From NCBI GenBank assembly GCA_946618395.1, contig CAMOLD010000003.1, positions 1 to 32,882 of the forward strand: a DNA stretch of 32,882 nt, written 5' to 3'. Under the pieces are notes generated by a model. That model did no database searches and was not told where the DNA came from. It saw only the letters and a list, made by a program, of their open reading frames with translations. A program made the translations under genes and the position numbers. Below are positions 9,405 through 18,507 of this stretch, in pieces. Numbering within the stretch: the stretch's first letter is position 1; every line of letters begins with the position of its first letter. This DNA comes from an uncultured Clostridia bacterium (GTDB lineage: Bacteria; Bacillota; Clostridia; Oscillospirales; CAG-272).

Positions 9405-10868
9405 TTATTTCTCGGGTTTCCAAACGCCCTTATTCAAAAGCATATTCTGTTTGAGTTTCCAAAGTTTTTCGGAAAGGTCAACGTAGTAGTTATGCGGATT
9501 GTTGAAGCGGCGGACCTCGTCCCACATTCCCTCAATTTCGGCTTTGCAACGGGCGCGGATATCTTCAAGCGCCGGGAGCTTGTAAACCTGTTTGCCGCCT
9601 TGAAAAACCGGAACCATCAGCTCGGTTGCCGTATAGTTTTCCAAAATTTTGCGTTTCCAGACGTGTTCGGGGTCAAAAAGCTCAATCGGTTGGGTGTCAT
9701 CAACCGTTTCGTCATGCAGGCAGATCAGATCTGCCTCGGCTTTCCCGGTGTCTCTGCCGCGCAAACGGTAAATCTTTTTGAAATGCGGCGTTGTGATTTT
9801 GCCGACGTTTTCGCTGATCTTGATTTTGGGAATGATCCGCCCGGATTCGTCCTCAACGGCGCAAAGCTTGTAAACGCCGCCGAAAACGGGATCGCTCTTG
9901 GATGTAATCAACCGCTCGCCAACGCCGAAAGCGTCCACACAGGCGCCCTGGCGGATCAGTTCGCGGATCAGGTATTCGTCCAGCGAGTTGGAAATGATGA
10001 TTTTGCATTCCGTCCAGCCGGCGTCGTCCAGCATTTTGCGAACTTTTTGGGTCAGATAGGTAATATCGCCGGAGTCAATGCGGATTCCGCAACGGGTAAT
10101 GCCCAGCGGTTTGAGAACCTTGTTAAAGGCTTTGATGGCGTTGGGAATGCCGGATTCCACCACGTTATACGTATCCACCAAAAGCGTTGCGTTGCTGGGA
10201 TAAATTTTACAATAGGATTCAAATGCCTCGTATTCGCTATCAAACATTTGCACCCAGGAATGCGCCATCGTTCCTCCGGCGGGAACGCCGTAAACCTCAT
10301 CGCTGATGGTGCAGGCGGTGGACCCGCAACCGCCAATATAAGCTGCACGCGCGCCCAGAATGGCGGCGTCGGCACCCTGCGCGCGACGGGAGCCGAACTC
10401 ACTAACCGCCCTGCCCTTGGAAGCGCGCGTAATTCTTGCGGCTTTGGTCGCAATAAGCGACTGGTGATTGAGCATCATCAAAATATAGGTCTCCACAAAC
10501 TGCGCCTGAATGGCGGTGGCGCGCACCGTTAAAAGCGGCTCGCCGGGAAAAACCACCGTTCCTTCCGGAATTGCCCAAATGTCGCCGGTGAAATGGAAGT
10601 TGGCAAGATATTGCAAAAACTCCTCGGAAAAGCATTTTTTGGAGCGCAGATAGGCAATATCGTCTTCGTCAAAGCGCAGGTTGTTGATATACTCAACAAT
10701 CTGCTCCAACCCGGCAAAAACGGCAAAACCGCCGTTATCGGGATTCTGGCGGTAAAAAGCGTCAAAATAGACGATTTTATCTTTCATTCCCTTTGCAAAA
10801 TATCCGTTGCCCATGGTGAGCTCGTAAAAATCGCAAAGCATGGTCAGGTTGCGGGAAATATCTTTCAT
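9405..10868 (-). CDS. pncB: Nicotinate phosphoribosyltransferase
   Basis: DFYELTM, EFGSRRAQG, GTMAHSWV, LVDTY, GIRIDSGD, SNSLDE, FGVGERL and GGVYKL motifs. Confidence 0.96.
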   Translation of the reverse strand: MKDISRNLTMLCDFYELTMGNGYFAKGMKDKIVYFDAFYRQNPDNGGFAVFAGLEQIVEYINNLRFDEDDIAYLRSKKCFSEEFLQYLANFHFTGDIWAIPEGTVVFPGEPLLTVRATAIQAQFVETYILMMLNHQSLIATKAARITRASKGRAVSEFGSRRAQGADAAILGARAAYIGGCGSTACTISDEVYGVPAGGTMAHSWVQMFDSEYEAFESYCKIYPSNATLLVDTYNVVESGIPNAIKAFNKVLKPLGITRCGIRIDSGDITYLTQKVRKMLDDAGWTECKIIISNSLDEYLIRELIRQGACVDAFGVGERLITSKSDPVFGGVYKLCAVEDESGRIIPKIKISENVGKITTPHFKKIYRLRGRDTGKAEADLICLHDETVDDTQPIELFDPEHVWKRKILENYTATELMVPVFQGGKQVYKLPALEDIRARCKAEIEGMWDEVRRFNNPHNYYVDLSEKLWKLKQNMLLNKGVWKPEK

Positions 10869-10909
10869 GTTCTGTCCCTCCGGGAAATTCTGTTGTGTAT
10901 TTCCGTATT

Positions 10910-10938
10910 ATTTTAGCACAATTTCTCTTTTTTTGCAA
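10910..10938 (-). promoter_or_regulatory. sigmaA promoter of pncB
   Basis: Minus strand TTGCAA-17 nt-TAAAAT with TGTG extended -10. Confidence 0.65.
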
Positions 10939-10960
10939 GTTATTTTGGAAAATAGATAAG

Positions 10961-10986
10961 AAAAGGAGCTTTTGAAAGCCCCTTTC
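10961..10986 (-). terminator. Intrinsic terminator after sigG
   Basis: Minus strand GAAAGGGGCTTTcaAAAGCTCCTTTT hairpin just after the stop codon. Confidence 0.55.
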
Positions 10987-10996
10987 CCGATTCTGA

Positions 10997-11770
10997 TTAC
11001 AATTCTTTTCGGATTTTTTCCAGCGCGGCTTTTTCCAGGCGTGAGACCTGCGCTTGCGAAATGCCGATTTCCCCGGCAATTTCCATTTGCGTTTTATTGG
11101 CATAAAAGCGCAGTTGAATAATCTTTTTTTCGCGCTCCGAGAGCTTGTTGACCGCCTCGCGCAACACCATGTTTTCCAGCCATGCCTCGTCGCCACCCGA
11201 GGTGTCCGAAAGCTGATCCATCAAATAAAGCGCGTCGCCGCTATCGTTATAGACCGGCTCGTAGAGCGAGATTGGCTCCACAATCGCCTCCATGGCGCGC
11301 AGGACGGCTTCCCGCTTTTCCCCCATCCGCTCGGCAATCTCCTCCACGGTTGGCTCGCGCTCTTTTTGGGCAATCAATTCCTCGCGCGTTTGCAGCGCGC
11401 GGTAGGCAAGCTCCCGCACCGATCGGCTGACGCGAATGGCATTGTTATCGCGCAAATAGCGGCGGATCTCGCCAATGATCATGGGCACGGCATAGGTGGA
11501 AAATTTGACGTCCATATCCATATTGAAATGGTCCACCGCTTTGACCAGCCCGATGCACCCGACCTGAAACAAATCCTCCATGCTCTCGCGCCTGCCGGAA
11601 AACCGCTGAATGATGGAAAGCACCAGCCGCAAATTCCCATAAATCAAATCTTTTCTTGCGGTTTCGTCCCCCTCCCGGGCGCGGCGCAAAAGTTCGGTTT
11701 TTTCCTCCTCGGTCAGCACTTTGAGATCGGAGGTGTTGATTCCACAAATTTCCACTTTGAAGCGATACAT
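10997..11770 (-). CDS. sigG: Late forespore RNA polymerase sigma factor SigG
   Basis: Diagnostic N-terminus KVEICGINTSDLKVL, then GNLRLVLS, DLFQVGCIGL, FSTYAVPMIIGEIRRYLRDN and GISQAQVSRLEK. Confidence 0.95.
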   Translation of the reverse strand: MYRFKVEICGINTSDLKVLTEEEKTELLRRAREGDETARKDLIYGNLRLVLSIIQRFSGRRESMEDLFQVGCIGLVKAVDHFNMDMDVKFSTYAVPMIIGEIRRYLRDNNAIRVSRSVRELAYRALQTREELIAQKEREPTVEEIAERMGEKREAVLRAMEAIVEPISLYEPVYNDSGDALYLMDQLSDTSGGDEAWLENMVLREAVNKLSEREKKIIQLRFYANKTQMEIAGEIGISQAQVSRLEKAALEKIRKEL

Positions 11771-11799
11771 TCTTTGCTCCTTTTTTCGTATTCAAAGAA

Positions 11800-11829
11800 A
11801 GTATTGCCGAAGTTGGAAATGCTTTATTC
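11800..11829 (-). promoter_or_regulatory. sigmaF/sigmaG-type promoter of sigG
   Basis: Minus strand GAATA-16 nt-GGCAATACT, matching the forespore consensus G(Y/H)ATA...GGnnAnAHT. Confidence 0.65.
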
Positions 11830-11856
11830 AGTTTGGAACCGACCAGTTTTTGACAG

Positions 11857-11887
11857 CAAAATCGCCGCGGCAAAATGCCGCGGCGAA
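11857..11887 (-). terminator. Intrinsic terminator after the SPFH gene, insulating sigG
   Basis: Perfect 11-bp stem TCGCCGCGGCA-aaa-TGCCGCGGCGA followed by TTTT on the minus strand. Confidence 0.75.
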
Positions 11888-11921
11888 TGCAATATTTTAT
11901 GGTTTTTACCGAGAAAAACAG

Positions 11922-12866
11922 TTATTTTGACGATTTTTTACCCGTATCTGCAACCGCTTCTTTCACACCGGCGATCAGAGAGGTGACGTTTTGAATTTCG
12001 GAAGGAATGATGATTTTGGTGGATTGACCGTCCGCCGCTTTTTCAAACGCTTCCAGGCTGCGCAAAGCGATTGCCGCGTTGCTTGGGGACGCCTCGTTGA
12101 TCATGCGGATACCTTCGGCGGTTGCCTTTTGCACAGCGAGGATTGCCTCGGCTTCGCCTTCCGCCTCGCGGATCTTGGCCTCTTTGTTTGCCTCGGCTTT
12201 CAGAATTTGCGACTGTTTTTCAGCCTCGGCTTGCAGAATCAGCGATTCTTTTTTACCTTGCGCCACCAAAATGGTGGAGTTCTTTTCACCTTCGGCGCGC
12301 AGAATTGCCTCGCGGCGTTCGCGCTCGGCTTTCATTTGCTTTTCCATTGCGTCCTGAATTTCCTTGGGCGGAATGATGTTTTTCAGCTCCACACGGTTGA
12401 CCTTGATGCCCCAGGGGTCGGTCGCCTCGTCCAAAATGGCGCGCATTTTGGTATTGATGATGTCGCGCGAGGTCAGCGTGTTATCCAGTTCCAGTTCACC
12501 AATGATGTTACGCAGGGTGGTTGCCGTCAGGTTTTCAATTGCCGTCATCGGCGTGGTATGACCGTAGGCATACAATTTGCAGTCGGTGATTTGGAAGAAG
12601 ACGACGGTATCAATCTGCATTCGGACGTTATCTTTTGTGATAACCGGCTGTGGGGGAAAATCGGCAACCTGCTCCATCAGGTTGATCTTCTTTGCAATGC
12701 GTTCAATGAACGGAATCTTCCAGTGAAGGCCGGTCTTCCAGGTCTGGTGATAGGCGCCGAGGCGCTCTACAACATACGCCTGTGATTGCGGCACAATGTT
12801 AATGTTTGCAATTACTATAATCAAAAGTAATACGGCAATAACGATTCCTGCAATAATAAACGGCAT
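11922..12866 (-). CDS. SPFH/band 7 (stomatin/QmcA-like) membrane protein
   Basis: N-terminal TM helix, VVERLG, PQPVITKDNV, TTLRNIIG, WGIKVNRVE, AMEKQMKAERERR and an Ala/Glu coiled coil. Confidence 0.93.
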   Translation of the reverse strand: MPFIIAGIVIAVLLLIIVIANINIVPQSQAYVVERLGAYHQTWKTGLHWKIPFIERIAKKINLMEQVADFPPQPVITKDNVRMQIDTVVFFQITDCKLYAYGHTTPMTAIENLTATTLRNIIGELELDNTLTSRDIINTKMRAILDEATDPWGIKVNRVELKNIIPPKEIQDAMEKQMKAERERREAILRAEGEKNSTILVAQGKKESLILQAEAEKQSQILKAEANKEAKIREAEGEAEAILAVQKATAEGIRMINEASPSNAAIALRSLEAFEKAADGQSTKIIIPSEIQNVTSLIAGVKEAVADTGKKSSK

Positions 12867-12898
12867 GATAATTTCTCCTTTTTATAAGTATTTTTTTG

Positions 12899-13357
12899 TT
12901 ATGCGTCTTTTTGAAGGTCGCAAATCAGTTTAACGCCCTGAATCTCCCGAATGACAACAACCGATCCGGCGGGGATTTCTTCTCCGGTTGCCGAACGCGC
13001 CGTCCAGACAAGTCCGGCGATCTTCACGCTCCCGGTCTCGGAAATGTTGTTGATTGGCTCCTGAACAATTCCTGTTTTTCCAATCAAACTGTCGGCATTC
13101 AGGTTCGCTTTGCGAAGGTCCAGCTTCTTTTTGACCAGCGTCCGCCCAACGGCGAGAAGTAGGATGGAAAGCCCCAGAAAAACGATCAGCTGGATCCAGA
13201 ATGTTTTGACAAACGGCGAAAGAATCATGGCAACCAGCGCGCTGGGCGCAAACCAGCAGGAAACCAGTTCGGCTGTCAAAGCCTCAACAATTAAAGACAG
13301 CACCGCAATGGTTGCCCAAAAGATGAACGCCCCGTTTTGAATTAAAAATCCTTTCAT
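12899..13357 (-). CDS. Short NfeD-family membrane protein (partner of SPFH)
   Basis: Three TM helices followed by an OB-fold with LIGKTGIV, GSVKIAGLVWTARS and V.EIQGVKL; upstream of the SPFH gene. Confidence 0.88.
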   Translation of the reverse strand: MKGFLIQNGAFIFWATIAVLSLIVEALTAELVSCWFAPSALVAMILSPFVKTFWIQLIVFLGLSILLLAVGRTLVKKKLDLRKANLNADSLIGKTGIVQEPINNISETGSVKIAGLVWTARSATGEEIPAGSVVVIREIQGVKLICDLQKDA

Positions 13358-13385
13358 TAAAATCCCTCCTTTCTCTTACAAGAAA

Positions 13386-13414
13386 ATTATACCACATTTT
13401 ACGCGCCATTCCAA
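13386..13414 (-). promoter_or_regulatory. sigmaA promoter of nfeD-SPFH
   Basis: Minus strand TTGGAA-17 nt-TATAAT with TGTG extension. Confidence 0.65.
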
Positions 13415-13454
13415 GATGTTTTTCAAAAATTTTTCTTTTTTTAGAAAATAATAG

Positions 13455-13482
13455 TTGACAAAGGAAATTTTTTGATTATACT
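13455..13482 (+). promoter_or_regulatory. sigmaA promoter of the lysine riboswitch leader
   Basis: TTGACA-16 nt-TATACT about 30 nt upstream of the riboswitch. Confidence 0.75.
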
Positions 13483-13512
13483 ATTTCTTGTCGAAAGCAA
13501 ATTTCGGCAAAA

Positions 13513-13671
13513 GATAGAGGTTGCAAATTCAATCAGTAGCGCGAAAAACGCACGAAGAAGCGCGCGCAAAAGGTGAATTTGCCGAAATCCGACTTCCCGT
13601 CTTCGCGGGCTTCGGGTTGGGGCATGACGAAACACGCCATGAACTGTCACAAGCAATTGTGGAGCGCTATC
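13513..13671 (+). ncRNA. Lysine riboswitch (L-box)
   Basis: Conserved blocks GATAGAGGTTGC...AGTA...AAAGG...GCCGAA...TGGG...ACTGTCAC...GTGGAGCGCTATC. P1 is GATAG/CTATC. L2 CGAAGA (13553-13558) is complementary to L3 TCTTCG (13600-13605), giving the expected kissing loop. Confidence 0.92.
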
Positions 13672-13695
13672 AAAATACATCTTTTTTTGTATTTT

Positions 13696-13719
13696 AACGC
13701 CTCCATCGGAGGCGTTTTT
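13696..13719 (+). terminator. Riboswitch expression-platform terminator
   Basis: AACGCCTCC-atc-GGAGGCGTT-TTT. Its 5' strand can alternatively pair with GGAGCG at the 3' end of the aptamer (antiterminator). Confidence 0.8.
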
Positions 13720-13741
13720 ATTTTAAGGAGGTTTATTCTTT

Positions 13742-15511
13742 ATGTCAAAAACAAGGAAAATCGTTCTTGCCGCCTTCCTTGCAGTCATCGTTGTTCTGAT
13801 GATTATTGCGGTAACGACAAAAGGCATTGACAAAATTGTCACCTGCGCCGATTGTCAAGGAACAGGCGAAGCAGAATGCGGCGAGTGCGAAGGAACAGGT
13901 GAGGTTGAAAACGAAGAAACAAAAGCCATTGAAACTTGTTCCGAATGCGAAGGAACCGGAATTGTTGACTGCGAAACCTGCGAAGGAACAGGAAAAACCA
14001 TCGGTAGTGCCTGGGCGCTCTTGCCGCCGCTGGTTGCAATTGCTCTGGCGCTGATTACCAAAGAGGTTTACAGTTCCCTGTTTGCCGGTATTGCATCCGC
14101 CGTCATTTTGGCGGCCAAGTTCAATCCGGTGCGCACAGCCGACGGCTTGAACGGCGGATTCATTTCCAGCCTTGCCGATGAATGGGACGTTGGTATTCTC
14201 ATCTTCCTGGTCTTGTTGGGAATTGTCGTTGTGATGATCAACAAAGCTGGCGGGTCTATCGCCTTTGGCGAATGGGCAAGCAAACACGTCAAAACCCGCG
14301 TCGGAGCGCAGCTTGCAACCTTTGTTCTCGGCGTTTTGATTTTTGTGGACGACTATTTCAACTGCCTGACCGTTGGTTCGGTCATGCGCCCCATTTCGGA
14401 TAACCATAAAATCTCCCGCGCAAAACTTGCCTATCTGATTGACGCAACGGCTGCACCGGTTTGTATGATTGCTCCGGTATCCTCCTGGGCGGCGGCGGTT
14501 GCCGGCGTTGCAACTGCGTTGGGAATGAACGGTATTCTGTTGTTCGTCAAAGCCATTCCCTACAACTATTATTCGCTTTTGACCATTGTTATGATCATCA
14601 CCATTTCGCTGATGAAATTTGACTTTGGTCCCATGAAGCGCCATGAGCTGAATGCTTTGAACGGTGATCTGTTCACCGAGGGTGATCGGAATGAAACCGA
14701 GTTCAAAACCGAGGCAACCGGAAACGGCAAAATGATTGATTTGCTCCTGCCCGTCGGCGTTCTGATTCTCTGCTGCATTCTCGGCATGGTCTATACGGGC
14801 GGTCTGTTCTCGGGCGAGGGCGTCAGCTTTGTGCAGGCGTTTGCAGATAGCAATGCCTCGATCGGCCTCTCATTGGGCGCTTTGATTGCCGTCCTCTTTA
14901 CAATGATTTACCTGATTGCACGTAAAAAGGTAACCTTTAAAGAAGCCATGGATTCCATTCCAAAAGGATTTACGGCAATGGTTCCTCCAATTCTCATTCT
15001 AACGTTTGCCTGGACGTTGAATGGTGCAACCGGCGCTTTGGGCGCGAAACACTTTGTTTATACGCTGATGAGCGGTTCTGCTGCAGGGCTGCAGATCTTC
15101 CTGCCGGCAATCATCTTTGCCGTTGCGCTCTTCCTGGCATTCTCTACCGGAACCTCCTGGGGAACCTTCGGCATCCTGATTCCGATTGTGGTTGCCGTTT
15201 TCCCGGCAAACAGCCAGCTGCTCATCATCGGCATCTCCGCTTGCCTTGCCGGCGCCGTTTGCGGCGACCACTGCTCCCCCATTTCGGATACCACCATCAT
15301 GGCATCCGCCGGCGCGCAATGCAACCATGTCAACCACGTTTCCACCCAGCTTCCCTATGCATTAACGGTTGCGGGCGTTTCCTTCGTCTGCTTCATTCTT
15401 GCAGGGTTGATTAAGAACTGGATCATCATGCTTCCCATTTCCATTGCGCTGATGGTTGGCACGCTCTTCTTAATCAAATTCATCACGCAAAAGATGAAAA
15501 AAGTAGATTAA
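13742..15511 (+). CDS. NhaC-family (LysW-like) Na+/H+ antiporter-type lysine transporter with an N-terminal CxxCxGxG x4 finger
   Basis: WALLPPLVAIALALITKEV, IFVDDYFNCLTVGSVMRP, DATAAPVC, AFSTGTSWGTFGIL, GDHCSPISDTTIMAS and HVSTQLPYA motifs; lysine riboswitch upstream; RBS AAGGAGG. Confidence 0.88.
   Translation: MSKTRKIVLAAFLAVIVVLMIIAVTTKGIDKIVTCADCQGTGEAECGECEGTGEVENEETKAIETCSECEGTGIVDCETCEGTGKTIGSAWALLPPLVAIALALITKEVYSSLFAGIASAVILAAKFNPVRTADGLNGGFISSLADEWDVGILIFLVLLGIVVVMINKAGGSIAFGEWASKHVKTRVGAQLATFVLGVLIFVDDYFNCLTVGSVMRPISDNHKISRAKLAYLIDATAAPVCMIAPVSSWAAAVAGVATALGMNGILLFVKAIPYNYYSLLTIVMIITISLMKFDFGPMKRHELNALNGDLFTEGDRNETEFKTEATGNGKMIDLLLPVGVLILCCILGMVYTGGLFSGEGVSFVQAFADSNASIGLSLGALIAVLFTMIYLIARKKVTFKEAMDSIPKGFTAMVPPILILTFAWTLNGATGALGAKHFVYTLMSGSAAGLQIFLPAIIFAVALFLAFSTGTSWGTFGILIPIVVAVFPANSQLLIIGISACLAGAVCGDHCSPISDTTIMASAGAQCNHVNHVSTQLPYALTVAGVSFVCFILAGLIKNWIIMLPISIALMVGTLFLIKFITQKMKKVD
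13844..13993 (+). repeat. Four in-frame repeats encoding CxxCxGTG
   Basis: CADCQGTG, CGECEGTG, CSECEGTG and CETCEGTG; the DNA unit TG(C/T)(G/C)AAGGAAC(A/C)GG occurs four times. Confidence 0.9.
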
Positions 15512-15563
15512 AAACTTAATTTTTGCGGTATTTTCCGCAAAAAGTGGCTATTGAACACTTGCC

Positions 15564-15598
15564 GGGGCAATTCCGATTTTCGGAATTGCCCCTTTTTT
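15564..15598 (+). terminator. Intrinsic terminator after the transporter
   Basis: Perfect 13-bp stem GGGGCAATTCCGA-ttt-TCGGAATTGCCCC followed by TTTTTT. Confidence 0.88.
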
Positions 15599-15634
15599 GA
15601 TTTTTGACTTTTTTCATTTTTTTCCGTTTTCCTC

Positions 15635-15662
15635 TTGTATTTTTTTATAAGTATGGTATAAT
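15635..15662 (+). promoter_or_regulatory. sigmaA promoter of the apgM-like...thrC operon
   Basis: TTGTAT-16 nt-TATAAT with TG extended -10 and a T-tract-rich upstream region. Confidence 0.6.
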
Positions 15663-15705
15663 AAAGAATTAGGTTATTATTCCCTGTTTTAGAAAGAGGT
15701 GCCGC

Positions 15706-16953
15706 ATGAAATATCTTGTTTTGATTCCGGACGGAATGGCAGACGAAAAAATTGAAGCGCTTGGCAACAAAACGCCCATGGAAGCCGCAAAAAAGCCGAT
15801 GATGGACGCGCTGGCGAAAAAAGCACTTGTGGGAACCGTTTCCAATGTTCCGCAAGGCATGGTCCCGGAAAGCGATACCGCCAACATGGCAATTCTCTCG
15901 TTCAATCCGCGCGTGTATTCCAAGGGGCGTTCCCCGCTGGAAGCCGTTAGCATGGGGATTGAAATGCAGCCGGACGAAACCGCCTACCGCTGCAATGTGG
16001 TCACGCTGACCGACAACGGCGAGGACTATGACGATAAAATCATTCTTGACCACAGCGCCGACGAAATTTCAACGCCCGAGGCAACCGAGCTGATTGCCGC
16101 ATTGCAGGAAAAAATGGGAGACGACATTCGCAAGTTCTATCCCGGCATCAGCTACCGCCATTGCCTGATTTGGAAGAACGGCAACGACAAATATCCTTTT
16201 GCCCGTCCGCACGATATTTTGGGCAAGCGCATTGGCGAATATCTGCCCAAAAAGGAAAACGGCGGCGAAGCGTTCTACCGCCTGATGCGGGACAGCTTTG
16301 AAATTTTGAACCATCATCCCGTCAACGAGGCGCGGCGCGCCCGCGGGCTGAAACCGGCAAACTCCGCCTGGCTTTGGAGCCCCGGCAAAAAGCCGCAGCT
16401 TCCCAATTTCAGCCAAAAATGGGGGCTCAAAGGCGCCGTTATTTCCGCCGTTGACCTCATCAAAGGCATCGGTCTTTGCGCCGGCATGACCTCCATTGAT
16501 GTTCCCGGAGCCACCGGCAACGTTCACACCAACTACAAAGGCAAGGCGGACGCCGCCATTGAAGCCTTCCGCAAAGGTTTTGACTACGTTTATATCCACG
16601 TAGAAGCTCCGGACGAATGCGGACACCGCGCCGAGCTGGAAAACAAGGTCCTTTCGGTGGAAAAAATCGACGCCGAAATTCTCAAACCGGTCTATAACTA
16701 TCTCGTCTCTTCCGGCGAGGATTTCCGCGTGATGGTCCTGCCCGATCACCCAACGCCCATCCGCCTGCGCACGCACACCATCGACCCGGTGCCCTTCTTT
16801 ATCTATTCTTCCAACCAGGAAAAAAACGGCGTTCCCGCTTTTAACGAGGAAACTGCCGCCGCAAAAAATTTCTATTTGCCCTACGGCTATCATTTGATGG
16901 AGCTACTCCTGAACCCCGAAAAACCGCTTGCCGACCTGACGAATCCAGACTGA
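15706..16953 (+). CDS. Cofactor-independent phosphoglycerate mutase family protein (ApgM-like; proposed homoserine kinase subfamily)
   Basis: DGMAD, KTPMEAA, PESDTAN (Ser nucleophile), GRSPLEA, SAVDLIKGIG, HVEAPDECGH and PDHPTP...TH metalloenzyme motifs. Confidence 0.85.
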   Translation: MKYLVLIPDGMADEKIEALGNKTPMEAAKKPMMDALAKKALVGTVSNVPQGMVPESDTANMAILSFNPRVYSKGRSPLEAVSMGIEMQPDETAYRCNVVTLTDNGEDYDDKIILDHSADEISTPEATELIAALQEKMGDDIRKFYPGISYRHCLIWKNGNDKYPFARPHDILGKRIGEYLPKKENGGEAFYRLMRDSFEILNHHPVNEARRARGLKPANSAWLWSPGKKPQLPNFSQKWGLKGAVISAVDLIKGIGLCAGMTSIDVPGATGNVHTNYKGKADAAIEAFRKGFDYVYIHVEAPDECGHRAELENKVLSVEKIDAEILKPVYNYLVSSGEDFRVMVLPDHPTPIRLRTHTIDPVPFFIYSSNQEKNGVPAFNEETAAAKNFYLPYGYHLMELLLNPEKPLADLTNPD

Positions 16954-16983
16954 AAAAATTTCCCCTGAAAGGAGTGCGGCAGA

Positions 16984-17613
16984 ATGAACGACCCGCAAAA
17001 TCTTCCAACCGAACCGTTTGCCGCGCCGGCTGCCCTGCCGCCGGAAAAGAAGGAGCGTTCCCTCGCGGCCGTTTTGTTTGACTATGTTGAAATGTTTGCC
17101 TGGGCGGTCTTTATCGTCATGGTGCTCTTTACCTTCGGGTTCCGCATTTGCCGGGTGGAGGGTCCCTCTATGGAAGACACCCTGCAACAGAACGAGCGCC
17201 TGCTTTTGCGCTCCGCGTTTTACACGCCCAAGCAGAACGATATTATCGTCTTTCATTTGACCAAAGTGGATTCGACCATGGAAAAAACGCTGGTCAAACG
17301 TGTCATTGCGCTGGAAGGTCAGGAAGTTGTAATTGACACCAGGGCAAAAACCATCACCGTTGACGGCGTGGAATATGCCGACGCACACCGCTTTTTGAAA
17401 GACAACAACGACCAATACAACACAGGTTACTTTGACGAACGCTTGGATAGAACCACCGGAATTTTCAAAACAACCGTTCCAAAAGGAATGGTATTCGTTT
17501 TGGGCGACAACCGGAATCACTCCAATGACAGCCGCACCGGAGTGGGATTTGTGGATAAAAACTGCATTCTCGGCAAAGTGGTTCTGCGGTTCTCCCCCTT
17601 CACATTCCTTTAA
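16984..17613 (+). CDS. lepB: Signal peptidase I
   Basis: One TM helix, VEGPSMEDTL (Ser), LVKRVIA (Lys) and GDNRNHSNDSR. Confidence 0.93.
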   Translation: MNDPQNLPTEPFAAPAALPPEKKERSLAAVLFDYVEMFAWAVFIVMVLFTFGFRICRVEGPSMEDTLQQNERLLLRSAFYTPKQNDIIVFHLTKVDSTMEKTLVKRVIALEGQEVVIDTRAKTITVDGVEYADAHRFLKDNNDQYNTGYFDERLDRTTGIFKTTVPKGMVFVLGDNRNHSNDSRTGVGFVDKNCILGKVVLRFSPFTFL

Positions 17614-17627
17614 AGAAAGGTTTGAAA

Positions 17628-18488
17628 ATGGCATTTGAACAAATCCAATGGTTTCCGGGGCATATGGCAAAAACCCGCCGGCTGATCTCGGAAAACCTGA
17701 AAAATGTTGACCTCGTCATTGAGCTGCTTGACGCGCGCATTCCGGACGCCTCGCGCAACCCGGAAATTTTGCGCCTGACCGAGGGAAAACCGCGCTTGGT
17801 CCTGCTGAACAAATGCTCGCTTGCCGACCCGGCGCAAAATCAAATTTGGCTTTCCCGACTTGCCGAAAAAGAGGTCTTCCCCATTCTGACCGACTGCGTC
17901 AGCGGCGAAGGAATGAACAAAATTGCCGGCGCGGTCAAGACTCTGCTTGCCGAAAAGCTGGCGCGCTACCAGGAAAAAGGAATGTCCGGCAGGCGTTTGC
18001 GCGCCATGGTGCTGGGAATCCCGAACGTTGGCAAATCCTCGCTCATCAACCGCATTTCGGGCAACAAAAAAGCCAAAGTGGAGGATCGCCCCGGAGTCAC
18101 GCGCGAAAAGCAATGGGTCACCACCTCTATAGGCATTGACCTTTTGGATATGCCCGGGATCCTTTGGCCAAAATTTGAGGATCCGCGCGTGGGCGAAAAT
18201 CTTGCGCTGACCGGTGCCATCAAGGACGACATTCTGGACACCGAAGGCCTTGCCGTTCTGCTTTGCAAAAAGCTCCGCGCGCTTTACCCGGAATTGTTGG
18301 CGGCGCGATATAAGCTTGCAAGCGAGGACTTTGAGCTTTCCGATTACGATCTTTTCCTCAAAATCGGCAAAAAACGCGGCTTTTTGATGGGCGGCGGAGA
18401 AATTAACACCGAGCGCACCGCCGCCGTTCTTTTGGATGAATTCCGTGCCGCAAAAATCGGGCGCATCACGCTGGATCGCATATCCTAA
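17628..18488 (+). CDS. rbgA: Ribosome biogenesis GTPase RbgA (YlqF)
   Basis: [32 protein letters not shown] and [11 protein letters not shown] (circularly permuted GTPase). ATG at 17628 preferred. Confidence 0.95.
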   Translation: MAFEQIQWFPGHMAKTRRLISENLKNVDLVIELLDARIPDASRNPEILRLTEGKPRLVLLNKCSLADPAQNQIWLSRLAEKEVFPILTDCVSGEGMNKIAGAVKTLLAEKLARYQEKGMSGRRLRAMVLGIPNVGKSSLINRISGNKKAKVEDRPGVTREKQWVTTSIGIDLLDMPGILWPKFEDPRVGENLALTGAIKDDILDTEGLAVLLCKKLRALYPELLAARYKLASEDFELSDYDLFLKIGKKRGFLMGGGEINTERTAAVLLDEFRAAKIGRITLDRIS

Positions 18489-18507
18489 AACGACGGAGGT
18501 TCTTTCC

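Noticed and set aside
13441-13830. Small ORFs 13441-13680 (-) and 13573-13830 (+)
   Set aside because: They overlap the promoter, lysine riboswitch and terminator, which fully explain the region.
13844-13993. c-type cytochrome or ferredoxin motifs in the transporter insert
   Set aside because: There is no CxxCH and no CxxCxxCxxxC spacing; the pattern is CxxCxGxG.
15663-15705. T-box or attenuator leader for the threonine genes
   Set aside because: The leader is only about 40 nt, and no T-box consensus is visible there or before thrC.
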